Assembly (NCBI GenBank): GCA_963422395.1
Contig: OY729431.1
Span: forward strand, 1,184,001 to 1,248,000
DNA length: 64,000 bases
From: Vicinamibacteria bacterium
GTDB lineage: Bacteria; Acidobacteriota; Vicinamibacteria; Marinacidobacterales; Marinacidobacteraceae
Direction: 5' to 3'
Shown here piece after piece: positions 30,400-40,849 of the stretch. The notes beneath the pieces are model-generated. The model was given only the letters and a program-made list of their open reading frames with translations, ran no database searches and had not been told where the DNA came from. A program made the position numbers and the translations under genes. The stretch's first letter is position 1. Each line of letters starts with the position of its first letter.

Positions 30400-31077
30400 C
30401 TACTCGAGGGCATCGAGTGCTTCCATCAGGGGGCCGTAGTCCTCCCGGATCTGATAGTCGTAGTTGACATAGCGCAGGATTCCCTGCCGGTCGATCACGA
30501 AGGTGGCCCGGGAGGCGTAACGCGCCCCATTGATCTCGATGGGTTCGACGCCGTAAGCGTCCACCACCTGCGCCAGCCGGTCGGAGAGGAGAACCAGACC
30601 TGGAAGCTCGTCCCCTTCGGCAGCCGGTTCGTCGGCGCCGCCGCCGTCTTTCGAAAAACTCTCGAGCCAGTTCCACTGGGAGAAGGGGGAATCCACGCTG
30701 ATTCCGAAGACCTGGGTGTCCGCATCCAGAAACTTCCGGATGTCGTCCTGGTAGGACGAAAACTGCCGCGTTCAACCACCGGTCCAGTCGGCGACATAGA
30801 AGGCGAGAACGATGTTCTTGTTGCCGAGTACTTCTTCGAGTGCGATCGCCCGGGCGCCCGGACGCTCGCCGGCGGTCGAGGGCAGCGGGGCGGGAAAGGC
30901 CGGCGCCCGGTCTCCCACCTGCAGCGGGCCGTCCTGAGCCGCAGCTTTCGGCGTCATCGCTTCAGGCGCTTCCCCGGCAGCGGCGCCGCCTTCGGCAATG
31001 CCGGCGCTGAGGAGCGCCGCAGCCAGCGCCGACGCGGCGAGCCGCGCATCTCGCGGCTGGCGAGTGATTTCTTGCAT
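30400..31077 (-). CDS. AhpC/TSA peroxiredoxin-like probable selenoprotein (in-frame UGA at 30774-30772)
   Basis: LQVGDRAP…VLAFYVADWTGG-UGA-TRQF…GISVDSPF…LLSD…RATFVIDRQG continues in frame across the UGA; UGA sits at the peroxidatic TxxC position; no Cys in the protein. Confidence 0.8.
30743..30759 (-). promoter_or_regulatory. Candidate SECIS-like hairpin
   Basis: TCGTCCT-ACC-AGGACGA starting 13 nt 3' of the UGA. Confidence 0.45.
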
Positions 31078-31237
31078 GGACGACCTCCCCGAACGAAAGC
31101 ACGGCAGCGGATCATGCCGCCTCGCCGCCCGCCCCGCAAGGGCTCTTCCGGGATGGAGGCCCGCCACCGTGGTGCTATTCTGAACTTTCGCTCCGACTAC
31201 GCTCCCGGCTCTCTTCCCGAAAGGCTTCGACCGATCT

Positions 31238-31714
31238 GTGACCCTGACCTTCCGCACCCGCATCGAGACCGAAGTGCGCGATCTCGAAGAGGAACTGCAC
31301 CTCCGGCTTCCCGAGCAGATCAAGGAAGCTCGGGAACACGGCGATCTGTCGGAAAACGCCGAATACGAGGCGGCCAAGGAGCGGCAGAACTATGTGGCGA
31401 TCCGGCTCGCCCAGCTCAAGAAACGGCTCGCCGATCTCTCCATGCTGAGTGTCGAGAACATCCCGGTGGACCGCATCTCGCTCGGCAGCGAGGTGCGGGT
31501 CTTGGACTTGGGCACGGATGAAGAGCACCGGTACGAGCTCGTGGTGAGCGAGGAGGCCGACGCGAGCAAAGGCCGAGTGTCTCTCGGTTCGCCGATCGGC
31601 CGAGCCCTCATGGGCTCGCGGGTCGGAGATGAAGTCAGCGTCCACACGCCGGCCGGCGAGCGGGAACTCGAGGTCGTCGCACTGCGCACGATCCACGATC
31701 GGGAGCAGCGTTGA
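31238..31714 (+). CDS. greA: Transcription elongation factor GreA/GreB
   Basis: AREHGDLSENAEYEAAK, SLGSPIGRALMG. Confidence 0.9.
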   Translation: MTLTFRTRIETEVRDLEEELHLRLPEQIKEAREHGDLSENAEYEAAKERQNYVAIRLAQLKKRLADLSMLSVENIPVDRISLGSEVRVLDLGTDEEHRYELVVSEEADASKGRVSLGSPIGRALMGSRVGDEVSVHTPAGERELEVVALRTIHDREQR

Positions 31715-33132
31715 GAGTGCGCGGCCCCGTCGGCCCGTCGTGCCGCCGCCCGCCCGGACACCGCTGCGGCTCGCCGGCCCGGCTCGTGCCGCGGCTCGCG
31801 GCCGCGCTCTTCGGCGTTCTGGTCGCCGGCCCGGCGGCCGCTTCCGAAGTGCGCCAGGTGGATGTGGTGGACATCATCCATTCGATCTCCGCCGAACGGG
31901 TGGCCAGCACCATCGTGGCCGCCGAAGAGGCCGGAGCAGCGCTCGTCCTCGTGCGTCTCGACACCCCGGGCGGCCTCGACACCTCCATGCGCGAGATCAT
32001 CGAGGCGATTCTGAACAGCGAGGTCCCCGTGGCGGTGTTCGTCGGTCCGTCCGGTGCCCGCGCGGCGTCGGCCGGCTATCTGATCACCCTCGCCGCGGAT
32101 GTCTCGGGAATGGCGCCGGGGACGAACATGGGTGCCGCGACTCCGATTTCCGGGACTGGCGGTGAAATGCCCGAGACGCTGAGCCGCAAGGTGGAGTCGG
32201 ACGCCGCGGCCTATCTGCGCTCCATCGCCGAACGCCGGGGGCGGGATGTGGCGCTCGCCGAACAGGGAGTCACCGAAGCGAGGAGCTGGACCGCCAGCGA
32301 AGCGCTCGAAGCCGGGCTCATCGACCTGATCGCCGACGACACCGCGGCGTTCCTCGACGCGCTCGACGGCCGGACCGTGCAGCGGATCGACGGAGCCGAA
32401 GCGACGCTCGCCACTGCGGGAGCGCTCGTCGTCGAAACCGGAATGTCCTTCCGCGACCGCGCGCTTTCGGTCATCGCCAATCCGAACCTCGCGGTCCTGC
32501 TGGGGATGATCGGCCTCCTGGGCCTCTATCTCGAGTTTTCGAACCCGGGGCTGCTGTTCCCTGGCATCCTCGGGGCGGTTGCCCTGTTGCTCGCGGGCTT
32601 CGGTTTGAACCTGCTGCCGGTGAGTCTGTTGGGCATCCTCCTGCTTCTGCTCGGGATCGGCCTGCTGACCGCGGAGGCGCTGACTCCCTCGTTCGGCATA
32701 ATGGGCATGTCGGGGGCGGCGGCGCTGGTGCTCGGCCTTTTCTTCTTCTTCGAAGAGCAGTCGCTCCCCACACCTGCACTCGATTTGACCTGGGGACTCG
32801 TGATTCCGTCCGTCCTGGTGTTTTCGGTGCTGGTGTTCTTCCTGGGGCAGCTCGTGGTCCGGTCGCAGCGGGCGTCCGCGGTGACTGGCCAGGAGGGGAT
32901 GGTCGGTCTGACGGCCACCGCACACACCGACATCCGGCCCGGAGCGGCCGGCAAGGTTTTCGTCCACGGAGAGTTCTGGGACGCCATCGCTTCCGGACCG
33001 GTCGCCGCGGGAGACCGGGTGCGGGTCCTCGCCATCGAGGGACTGACCCTCCGGGTCGGAGGGGCCTCCGGTTCGGGCGCCGCTGCGGCCCTTCCCGATC
33101 TCTCCGATCCCCCATCGGAAACAAGGAGCTGA
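31711..33132 (+). CDS. nfeD: NfeD membrane-bound serine protease (ClpP class)
   Basis: [30 protein letters not shown] block, C-terminal OB fold [10 protein letters not shown]; start uncertain. Confidence 0.9.
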   Translation: MRVRGPVGPSCRRPPGHRCGSPARLVPRLAAALFGVLVAGPAAASEVRQVDVVDIIHSISAERVASTIVAAEEAGAALVLVRLDTPGGLDTSMREIIEAILNSEVPVAVFVGPSGARAASAGYLITLAADVSGMAPGTNMGAATPISGTGGEMPETLSRKVESDAAAYLRSIAERRGRDVALAEQGVTEARSWTASEALEAGLIDLIADDTAAFLDALDGRTVQRIDGAEATLATAGALVVETGMSFRDRALSVIANPNLAVLLGMIGLLGLYLEFSNPGLLFPGILGAVALLLAGFGLNLLPVSLLGILLLLLGIGLLTAEALTPSFGIMGMSGAAALVLGLFFFFEEQSLPTPALDLTWGLVIPSVLVFSVLVFFLGQLVVRSQRASAVTGQEGMVGLTATAHTDIRPGAAGKVFVHGEFWDAIASGPVAAGDRVRVLAIEGLTLRVGGASGSGAAAALPDLSDPPSETRS

Positions 33133-33139
33133 GAAAGCA

Positions 33140-33922
33140 ATGTTCGGACTTCCCCTGGGAGCCCTGATCGCCATCGCCTTCGGCGCGATCTTCCTGCTGA
33201 ACTGGATCAAGATCCTCAACGAGTACGAGCGCGGCGTCGTCTTTCGCTTCGGCAAGCTGCTCAAGAAGACGAAGGGACCCGGCCTCGTGCTCGTGTTCTC
33301 GCCCATCGACCGGATGGTTCGGGTGAGCTTGCGGCTCGTGGCCTTCGATGTGCCGCCCCAGGACATCATCACCCGCGACAATGTCTCGGTGAAGGTGAAC
33401 GCGGTGGTGTTCTTCCGGGTGGTGGACCCGACGAGGGCGGTGGTCGAGGTGGAGGACTACCTCTACGCCACTTCGCAGCTCGCACAGACCACGCTTCGCA
33501 GCGTGCTCGGCCGGGCGGACCTCGACGACCTGCTCGCCCAGCGCGACCAGCTGAATCTGCAGCTGCAGGGGATCCTCGACAAGAGCACCGACCCCTGGGG
33601 CATCAAGGTGTCCTCGGTGGAGGTCAAGCATGTGGACCTGCCGGGCGAGATGACCCGGGCGCTTGCGCGGCAGGCCGAGGCCGAGCGCGAGAAGCGCGCC
33701 AAGGTCATCCATGCCGAGGGCGAATTCCAGGCTTCGACGCAGCTCGCCAGAGCTGCCGAGATCGTGGGCAGGCACCCGCTCGGCGCCCAGCTCCGTTATC
33801 TGCAGACCCTCACCGAAATCGCTTCGGAAAAGAACTCAACGATCATCTTCCCGTTGCCGCTCGACATCGTGAAGCCGTTCATGGCGCTCGCCGAAAAGTA
33901 CGGCAGCGGCACCACGGACTGA
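33140..33922 (+). CDS. Slipin/stomatin SPFH-domain protein
   Basis: [51 protein letters not shown]. Confidence 0.93.
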   Translation: MFGLPLGALIAIAFGAIFLLNWIKILNEYERGVVFRFGKLLKKTKGPGLVLVFSPIDRMVRVSLRLVAFDVPPQDIITRDNVSVKVNAVVFFRVVDPTRAVVEVEDYLYATSQLAQTTLRSVLGRADLDDLLAQRDQLNLQLQGILDKSTDPWGIKVSSVEVKHVDLPGEMTRALARQAEAEREKRAKVIHAEGEFQASTQLARAAEIVGRHPLGAQLRYLQTLTEIASEKNSTIIFPLPLDIVKPFMALAEKYGSGTTD

Positions 33923-34072
33923 GAGCTTCTGCTTTCTCCGCGGCCGGCGGCAGCAGCCTCGCTGCCGGGACTTCAAGTGTCACTTTAGGAAAGCTGGCGT
34001 AAGTTATGTAAGGTTCTCGGTAGGGGGCATTGATTTCTGCTCCCTTTTCAGCGGGCGCCACGGGAGGAAACC

Positions 34073-34801
34073 ATGACCTACCACGACAGCGACAACTATG
34101 ACATCCAGTTCACTACCCGTCAGCTCGTGATGCTCTTCGGGCTGCTCACGGTGATCGTCGGGGGAGTGTTCGTCGGGGGGATCGCGATCGGCCGGGGGAT
34201 GCAACCGGCTGCAGCGGTCACGGCTCGGTCGCAGCCGCCGAAAGCGGCCGAGCCGCTCGCCGGAGCTCCCGTGCCGCCTTCCCTGTCTGCACCTGCCGGC
34301 AGCGCTGCGGAGGCTGCGGAGAACGCTTCCGAAAATGCCGGCGACCAGCTGCAGCTGCCGGTCGGGGAGCCCTCCGCGAGGACCGCGGAGACCCGCTCCG
34401 AAAGCCCGGACCAGCTCGCCGCCAGCACGCTGAGTGTCGCGACCGGCAGCCGGAAGACTCCGCCCTCCCGGAATACGGCGGGCCCTCCGGTTGCGGCCGC
34501 TCGAGAGGAGAGGGCGCCGGCCCGTTCGTCGTCCTCGCCGCCTCTGTCACCGGCGGCGGGGGGCGCGGCGGCGGAGTCCCAGGGAAAGTTCACGATCCAG
34601 GTAGCCGCCTTCCGCGACCGCGCGGCAGCCGAGAATCTCTTGGCCCAGCTCGCAGGAAAGGGGATCGATGGCTATCTCGAAGCGACCCCGGCGGGGATCT
34701 TCCGGGTGCGCGTGGGCCGATTCGGCACCCGCGAGGCGGCCCGGGCACTCGCCGCGCGCCTCGAGAGCGAGCAGTTCGCCACCCTGGTCACCAGCCGCTG
34801 A
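34073..34801 (+). CDS. SPOR domain protein (DedD/FtsN-like)
   Basis: GGAGG SD, N-terminal TM, low-complexity linker, FTIQVAAF…FRVRVGRF. Confidence 0.85.
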   Translation: MTYHDSDNYDIQFTTRQLVMLFGLLTVIVGGVFVGGIAIGRGMQPAAAVTARSQPPKAAEPLAGAPVPPSLSAPAGSAAEAAENASENAGDQLQLPVGEPSARTAETRSESPDQLAASTLSVATGSRKTPPSRNTAGPPVAAAREERAPARSSSSPPLSPAAGGAAAESQGKFTIQVAAFRDRAAAENLLAQLAGKGIDGYLEATPAGIFRVRVGRFGTREAARALAARLESEQFATLVTSR

Positions 34802-34870
34802 CCCCCGGGCAGCCCCGGGGCAGCAGGTCCCCCTTCGGCCAGTAGAATCCGTTCCGATGAACACCGCCGA

Positions 34871-35993
34871 ATGAGTCAGGAACTGCTGGACCGTTGCGAA
34901 GCCCTGCTGGCGCGCGCTTCCGCCCACCGGGGGTTTCTTTGACCCGGCGGCCCTATCCGCAGAGATCGAAGGGCTCGACCAGCGACTGAGCGATTCCGGG
35001 GTCTGGTCGGGGGCCGGCGGAGGCGAAGCCCTCGCCCGCCGCCGGTCCGACCTGGCGGTGGAACTGGATCGCCATTCCCGGTTCGAACGCGTAATCGACG
35101 AGGTGGAAACACTCGCCGAGTGGACCCGGGAGGGAGAAGAGGTGGCCGAGGACTTCCGCGAGCACCTCGACCGTCTGGAGAGCCAACTCACCGATATCGA
35201 ACTGCGGCGGCTGTTCGCCGGCGAGCACGATGCTGAGGACGCGATCGTCACCATCAACCCGGGCGCCGGCGGAACCGACGCTCAGGACTGGGCGGAGATG
35301 CTCCTCGGGATGTATGTGCGCTGGGCGAAGAATCGCAGCTTCGAGATCGAGGTGCTCGACCGGCAGCCGGGGGAGGAGGCCGGAATCAAGGGAGCGACCC
35401 TCGAGGTGCGGGGAGACCACGCCTACGGGCGGCTCCGGGTCGAGTCGGGGGTCCACCGGCTGGTGCGGATGTCCCCCTTCGACACTCAGCACCGGCGCCA
35501 CACTTCCTTCGCCTCGGTGGCCGCCTTTCCCGATCTCGACGACCGGATCGAGATCGAGGTGGACGAGAACGACCTGCGCATAGACACCTTCCGCGCCAGC
35601 GGCAAGGGCGGCCAGCATGTGAATGTCACCGACTCCGCGGTCCGCATCACCCATCTGCCCACCGGGATCGTGGTCTCCTGCCAGAACGAACGCTCCCAGC
35701 ACCGGAACCGGGACAGCGCCATGAAAGTGCTCCGCGCCCGCATCCACGACCGCGCGGTGCGGGAGCGAAAGGCGCAGGAGGAAGCCCAGAAGGAGAGTCT
35801 CGGCGAAAACACCTGGGGCAACCAGATCCGCTCCTATGTGTTCCAGCCGTACCGGCTGGTCAAGGACCACCGCACCAACCACCAGGTGGGCGATGTGGAC
35901 CGGGTCATGAACGGAGATCTCGACGGCTTCATCGAAGCCGGTCTCGCCTTCGCCGCGCGAACCGGCAAGGCTCCGGGCTCCGGCGCATCGTAG
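34871..35993 (+). CDS. prfB: Peptide chain release factor 2 with programmed +1 frameshift
   Basis: ATG 34871; SD-like GGGGG then CTT TGA C at 34937-34943; +1 frame continues to the SPF and GGQ motifs. Confidence 0.95.
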
Positions 35994-36003
35994 ACTTCCG
36001 GCC

Positions 36004-36960
36004 ATGCGTTCCCTCGATGCCCCGTCTCGCTTCGCCCTTTCCCCTCGGGCCTGCCGGCGCCTGCGGGCGGTCGTTTCCGGCGCCGCCCTCGCGGGGCTCT
36101 TGCTCGGTTGCGGCGACGCTCCCTTCGATGAGGAAGCCTGGCGCGAGGGAGAGCGGCTCCACCGGGAGGAGGCGGAGGCCCTCCTGACCTCCGACGGTAG
36201 TTGGCTCACGGTTGCCGGACTCCATTTCCTCACCGCCGGAGACCACATCGTCGGGAGCGGCGAGGACGCCGATCTGCGCCTGCCGGAGCGGTTTCCGGAC
36301 ACCGCGGTGACCGTCTCCTGGTCGGCAGCGGGGAAAGCATTCGCCCGGGTCGCCGAGGGGCTGACCGCGACCGTTGGCGGAGCGCCGTTTCGCGAAGGGG
36401 AGCTCGCGGCCGGAGAGGACGGCGCGGTGGTTCTCGACGAGCGCATCCGTTTCTGGCTCCACTCGAGCGGCGAGCGCCGCGCGCTGCGCTTGCGCGACCT
36501 CGAAAACCCCCTGCGGACAGGGTTCACCGGCCGCAAGTGGTTCCTGCCGGATCCGAAGTTCCGGGTGGAAGCCGCTTTCGAGCGCCATCCGCAGCAGCGC
36601 CAGGTCGAAGCGGTGAACATCCGGGGCGACATCGTGGACTATGTTTCGGACGGCGAGGCGGTCTTCGACTGGGAAGGCGAGGAGGTCCGCCTCTTGGCGT
36701 TCACCCGCCGAAACGGCAACCTGTTCTTCATCCTCACCGACGGCACCAGCGGCGTTTCGACCTACCCGGCGGCCCGCTTCCTCACCACCGCGCCGCCGGA
36801 GAACGGGCGGGTCGTCCTGGACTTCAACCGGGCCGAGAACCCGCCGTGCGGCTTCAGTGCCTTCACCACCTGTCCCACGCCGCCGCCGCAGAACCGGCTC
36901 CGGTTCCGCATCGAGGCCGGCGAGCGGCGCTACCACCCCGCCGTCGCGCCGACCGACTGA
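36004..36960 (+). CDS. DUF1684 lipoprotein
   Basis: WLTVAGLHFL, RLRD, DGTSGVSTYPAARFL, LDFNRAENPPCGFS..TCP.PP.QNRL. Confidence 0.88.
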   Translation: MRSLDAPSRFALSPRACRRLRAVVSGAALAGLLLGCGDAPFDEEAWREGERLHREEAEALLTSDGSWLTVAGLHFLTAGDHIVGSGEDADLRLPERFPDTAVTVSWSAAGKAFARVAEGLTATVGGAPFREGELAAGEDGAVVLDERIRFWLHSSGERRALRLRDLENPLRTGFTGRKWFLPDPKFRVEAAFERHPQQRQVEAVNIRGDIVDYVSDGEAVFDWEGEEVRLLAFTRRNGNLFFILTDGTSGVSTYPAARFLTTAPPENGRVVLDFNRAENPPCGFSAFTTCPTPPPQNRLRFRIEAGERRYHPAVAPTD

Positions 36961-36978
36961 CCGGGTGGTCCCGAGCGT

Positions 36979-37383
36979 TTGGGCATAGGCATCTCGGTAG
37001 TCCTCGACCGTGAGGTCGATGGCGCCGACCCGTCGAATTTCGAGGGCCGGGCACTGCATCAGGCCCGCTGGGAGCTCTCCGAAGCCGCCGAGGAAGCGGG
37101 GCTCCAGCCTCTCGACGAGTTCGTCAGCCTGAGCCCCGAGGAGTCCGAGATCCTGGCCTCCGACCTCAATTTCGACTCCGAGGTGGACGCGGCGTCTCCC
37201 GCGGGTTGGTTCGACTCCGGCACCGGACTCGAACTCGTGCGCACCCTCCTCGGCAGGGTGTCTTCGGAGCCCGACGCGTTTCCATCCGCGGAGCAGCTGC
37301 TCGCCGAACTCCGGGAGCTTTCGTCGCTCCTGGCCGCAGCAGCGCTCGCCGACGTCCGCTTCCGGCTCTCCGTCGCCTACTGA
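36979..37383 (+). CDS. Hypothetical acidic protein
   Basis: Fills the gap, GC3-rich codon usage. Confidence 0.6.
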   Translation: MGIGISVVLDREVDGADPSNFEGRALHQARWELSEAAEEAGLQPLDEFVSLSPEESEILASDLNFDSEVDAASPAGWFDSGTGLELVRTLLGRVSSEPDAFPSAEQLLAELRELSSLLAAAALADVRFRLSVAY

Positions 37384-37437
37384 TCCTGTCCGAAGCGGCA
37401 CCGATGCTGTCCGGTGCCGCCATCCACGGGAGGGAAG

Positions 37438-37929
37438 TCAGGCTGCGGCGGGCTTTTTCGAGATCTTCGCGGTCAACCAGGTGATCGAACCGCCGAGGAG
37501 CGTCGTCCAGAGTCCCATCCAGAAGAGCACTTGCGCCATGACGCCCCCGAAGAACCACTGGGCCAGCGGGCCCATACCGGCCATTTCGGGTGGATAGGCG
37601 TCGTAGTGGGTTCCCCAATCGCCGAGGGTGGCGAACAGCATGATGACGATGACCGGGATGCGCGCGCCGAACGAATAGACGAAATTCGTCCGCAACGCGG
37701 AGACGAAGCCGGTGTCTCCGGCACGGGCGTGCCGGGTTCCGAACCAGACGGCGAAGATCGGCGCCAGCCAGACGATTCCGATGATGGCTCCGGTCCCGCC
37801 GGTTTCGCGGTTCACGAGGAATTCCGGCAGGCCGCCGAGAGCGCCCAGCAGACGCAGCGCGGTGACTCCGAGAGTGACGAGCACCGGAGTGCGCACCAGT
37901 TGCCAAACGGGGGATGAGAAGGGGAACAT
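37438..37929 (-). CDS. Hypothetical membrane protein (~4 TM)
   Basis: Hydrophobic segments, WGTHYDA motif. Confidence 0.7.
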   Translation of the reverse strand: MFPFSSPVWQLVRTPVLVTLGVTALRLLGALGGLPEFLVNRETGGTGAIIGIVWLAPIFAVWFGTRHARAGDTGFVSALRTNFVYSFGARIPVIVIMLFATLGDWGTHYDAYPPEMAGMGPLAQWFFGGVMAQVLFWMGLWTTLLGGSITWLTAKISKKPAAA

Positions 37930-38033
37930 GGGAAGAGATCTCCTTGCCGGTTGGGTACTCCGGTGGATTCGGGACCTGTAGGAGCCGCTGATTCTGGCAG
38001 ACTTCGCCGGTTCTCGCAGGAGGTTCCGCACCG

Positions 38034-39680
38034 ATGCGCCGTCCGTTCCGGGTTTCGTTCCTTTTTCTGATCTCTTCGGGGGTCGGGGCGGCGGCCTCCG
38101 CCGCGCTTTGGTCTGGTTGTGCTGGCGGGCCGTCCGGTTCGGAGGCCGCCCGGTTCGACGAGGCTCGGCTGCTCGAACAGATCGCCGTGCTCTCTTCCGA
38201 CGAATTCGGCGGGCGAGCTCCGGCTTCGCCCGGAGAAGAGAAGACGGTTGCGTGGCTGACGGATGCGTTCCGGACAGCCGGGCTCGATCCGGGAAATCCC
38301 GACGGTAGCTGGGTGCAGCCGGTTCCGCTGGTCGGCTCCACCGCTGCCGGCATGGAGGCTTCGTCGGATCCGGGCGGCGCCTGGGAGCCGGCGGTGGACT
38401 TCGTGGCCTGGACGAAACGGGTGGTTCCGGAGATCCGGGCGTCCGGGGAGTTGGTGTTCGTCGGCTACGGAGTCGAAGCTCCGGAATACCGCTGGGACGA
38501 TTTCGGCGAAACCGCCCTTGCGGGAAAGATCCTCGTCGTGCTGGTGAACGATCCGCCCGGCGAGCACCATTTCGGCGGCGAGGCGATGACCTACTACGGC
38601 CGCTGGACCTACAAATTCGAAAAGGCCGCCGCGATGGGCGCTCTCGGAGCGCTCATCGTCCACGAGACCGGCCCGGCGGGATATCCCTGGGAAGTGGTGA
38701 GCGGCTCGTGGACCGGAGAACAGTTCGACCTCCGCAGCCCCGGCGGGAATCTGGATCGGTTGGAGGTGGAGGGGTGGGTCTCCCGCGAGCGGGCGGTGTC
38801 GCTGTTCGAAGCTGCGGGGAGAGATTTCGACGAAGCGCGGGAAGCGGCCGCCGCGCCCGGGTTCTCTCCCATGCCGCTCGGGATCTCCGCCAGCTTCGTG
38901 CTCGAATCCGCGCACCGCGAGATCGACTCGAACAATGTGCTCGGGTTGCTGCCGGGTTCCGAGACGCCCGAGGAGCTCGTGATCTATACCGCGCACTGGG
39001 ATCATCTCGGTACCACAGCGGAAATGGAAGGCGACGGAATCTTCAATGGCGCTTTCGATAACGCCACCGGAACCGCGGGCCTCGCGGCGCTCGCGGAAGC
39101 CTTCGCCGCCGGAGGCGCGCCCCGGCGCAGCGTGCTCTTCCTCGCGGTGACCGCGGAGGAGCAGGGGCTGCTCGGTTCCCGCCATTACGCCGAGAATCCG
39201 CTCTATCCGACCGCGAACACGGTGGCGGCCATCAACATGGACGGCATGAACATCTGGGGGAGGACGACGGATATCACCGTGGTGGGCCTCGGCCAGTCGG
39301 AACTCGACGCGGTCGCCGGAGAGGTGGCGGCCGGGCTCGGCCGCGAACTGCGTCCGGACCCCGAGCCGGAAAAGGGCTTCTACTACCGCTCCGATCATTT
39401 CGAGATGGCGAAGGCGGGGATTCCCGCCTTCTATCCCGACGGCGGAGTGGACTTCCTCGGGAAGCCTCCGGGATTCGGCATGGAGGCCCGTGCCGCCTAT
39501 GTCGCCGAGGCCTACCACAAGCCTGGCGACGAGGTGCAGGACTGGTACGACCTCTCGGGCATGGTGGAAGACCTCGAGTTCCTCTACCGGATGGGCCGGC
39601 GCCTCGCCGACTCCGCCGAATGGCCCGAGTGGAGCGAAACGAGCGAGTTCCGTGCCCGCCGCCTCGAGGACCGCCGGTGA
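38034..39680 (+). CDS. M28 family metallopeptidase with PA domain
   Basis: LSSDEFGGR, TYYGRWTYK, TAHWDHLG, NGAFDNATG, TAEEQGLLGS, RSDH, YHKPGDE. Confidence 0.92.
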   Translation: MRRPFRVSFLFLISSGVGAAASAALWSGCAGGPSGSEAARFDEARLLEQIAVLSSDEFGGRAPASPGEEKTVAWLTDAFRTAGLDPGNPDGSWVQPVPLVGSTAAGMEASSDPGGAWEPAVDFVAWTKRVVPEIRASGELVFVGYGVEAPEYRWDDFGETALAGKILVVLVNDPPGEHHFGGEAMTYYGRWTYKFEKAAAMGALGALIVHETGPAGYPWEVVSGSWTGEQFDLRSPGGNLDRLEVEGWVSRERAVSLFEAAGRDFDEAREAAAAPGFSPMPLGISASFVLESAHREIDSNNVLGLLPGSETPEELVIYTAHWDHLGTTAEMEGDGIFNGAFDNATGTAGLAALAEAFAAGGAPRRSVLFLAVTAEEQGLLGSRHYAENPLYPTANTVAAINMDGMNIWGRTTDITVVGLGQSELDAVAGEVAAGLGRELRPDPEPEKGFYYRSDHFEMAKAGIPAFYPDGGVDFLGKPPGFGMEARAAYVAEAYHKPGDEVQDWYDLSGMVEDLEFLYRMGRRLADSAEWPEWSETSEFRARRLEDRR

Positions 39681-39779
39681 CGGCCTTCGGAAAAACACTC
39701 CACCCTGCGGTTTCGCCGAGACAGGCGAACGAGATGCCGGGGAAATTCCACCGGCTGCGCTTCCGCGTGGCGGACTTCC

Positions 39780-40517
39780 TCACGGGCTCCCTGGATCGGG
39801 AGCCGTGAGGCCGCGGCCCGGTCGGCGCCGGCGGGTGCAGAAGAACGGGGCGAGCACGAGGAAGAACATTCCGAGGCCGACGAATTCGAGCACCGGGAGA
39901 TACCACGGCCAGGGGATCCGGAAGAACGGAGAGGCGGTGTCCGTGGGAGGTCCCGACAGGAACAGGTAGTTCGATCCGAGGAGCAGATTCACCCCGGCGA
40001 CCCCCGCCGCGAAGAGGTTGAGACAGGCGAAGGCGCGCAGCAGCCCTCCGAGGGTCGGCCGCATCCCGAGCGCCCAGGTCGCATAGAGGACCCCCACCAC
40101 GATGCCCGAATGGGCGATGAAGTACTGGAAGAAGCGGTACTCGGGGAATCCGGCGTCGAGCCCGCCGGGAGTGAGGACCGCGTTCAGCGAGCCGACGAGA
40201 CCCCAGAAGTACACGATCTCGTAGGTCTTCCGGCTGCGAAAGAGCAGTGTCGCCGCGGTGAGCAGGACCGCCGCCCCGCAGAGGTGGAGCGGCAGGTGGT
40301 TTCGCACCCATCCATCGAAGCCGATCTGCCCGATCCGCACCGCCCACCAGACGAGCTCGTTCCCGAGGAGCACGGCGGCCCAGGCGGCGGCGATGGCGCC
40401 CCGCGCTCCGGGCGGCCCGCGCCGCGCCGCGCCGGCCAGCGCCATCGGCAGAGCGAGCGTCAGCCCCATGGCGACGAAGTGCGGCGCGCCGAAGGTCTGG
40501 AAACCGGAGGCCGGCAC
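39780..40517 (-). CDS. YwaF/TIGR02206 (TMEM164-like) membrane protein
   Basis: FGAPH, LPLHLC, FFQYFIAHSG, GSNYLFL, PWPWY. Confidence 0.85.
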   Translation of the reverse strand: MPASGFQTFGAPHFVAMGLTLALPMALAGAARRGPPGARGAIAAAWAAVLLGNELVWWAVRIGQIGFDGWVRNHLPLHLCGAAVLLTAATLLFRSRKTYEIVYFWGLVGSLNAVLTPGGLDAGFPEYRFFQYFIAHSGIVVGVLYATWALGMRPTLGGLLRAFACLNLFAAGVAGVNLLLGSNYLFLSGPPTDTASPFFRIPWPWYLPVLEFVGLGMFFLVLAPFFCTRRRRPGRGLTAPDPGSP

Positions 40518-40549
40518 GGCGTCAGCGGTGATCTTGCGGCAGATCGTTC

Positions 40550-40849
40550 ATGCGAGCCCGATGCCTGGAGCTCCTGGGCATCCACGATCCCCAGCAGCCC
40601 GAGCAGCAACCCGCAGGAACATCCACGAGTCCGCCCAACGGACCCCGTTTGGTCGAGAGATCCTGGTTCGCCGCCTCACCGAGGGAGGCCTTCGCATCGA
40701 GGAGGCGGCCCGGCACCGTGGGACGCATCGCCCAGCGCGCCGCCCGACTCCACCGATGCAGCGGCGCCGGCCGCATGCCAGCCTCCATCATCGACCTTCC
40801 ATCCAGCCGCTCGACTTCTGCTGAACAACTCGATGGATCGCACAGCTAG
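40550..40849 (+). mobile_element. IS481-family remnant with large internal deletion
   Basis: N-terminal piece (R)NIHESAQRTPFGREILVRRLTEGG..EAAR resembles the IS481 transposase start; 3' piece LNNSMDRTA/…GSHS* with CACA terminus resembles an IS481 end; no DDE core. Confidence 0.6.
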
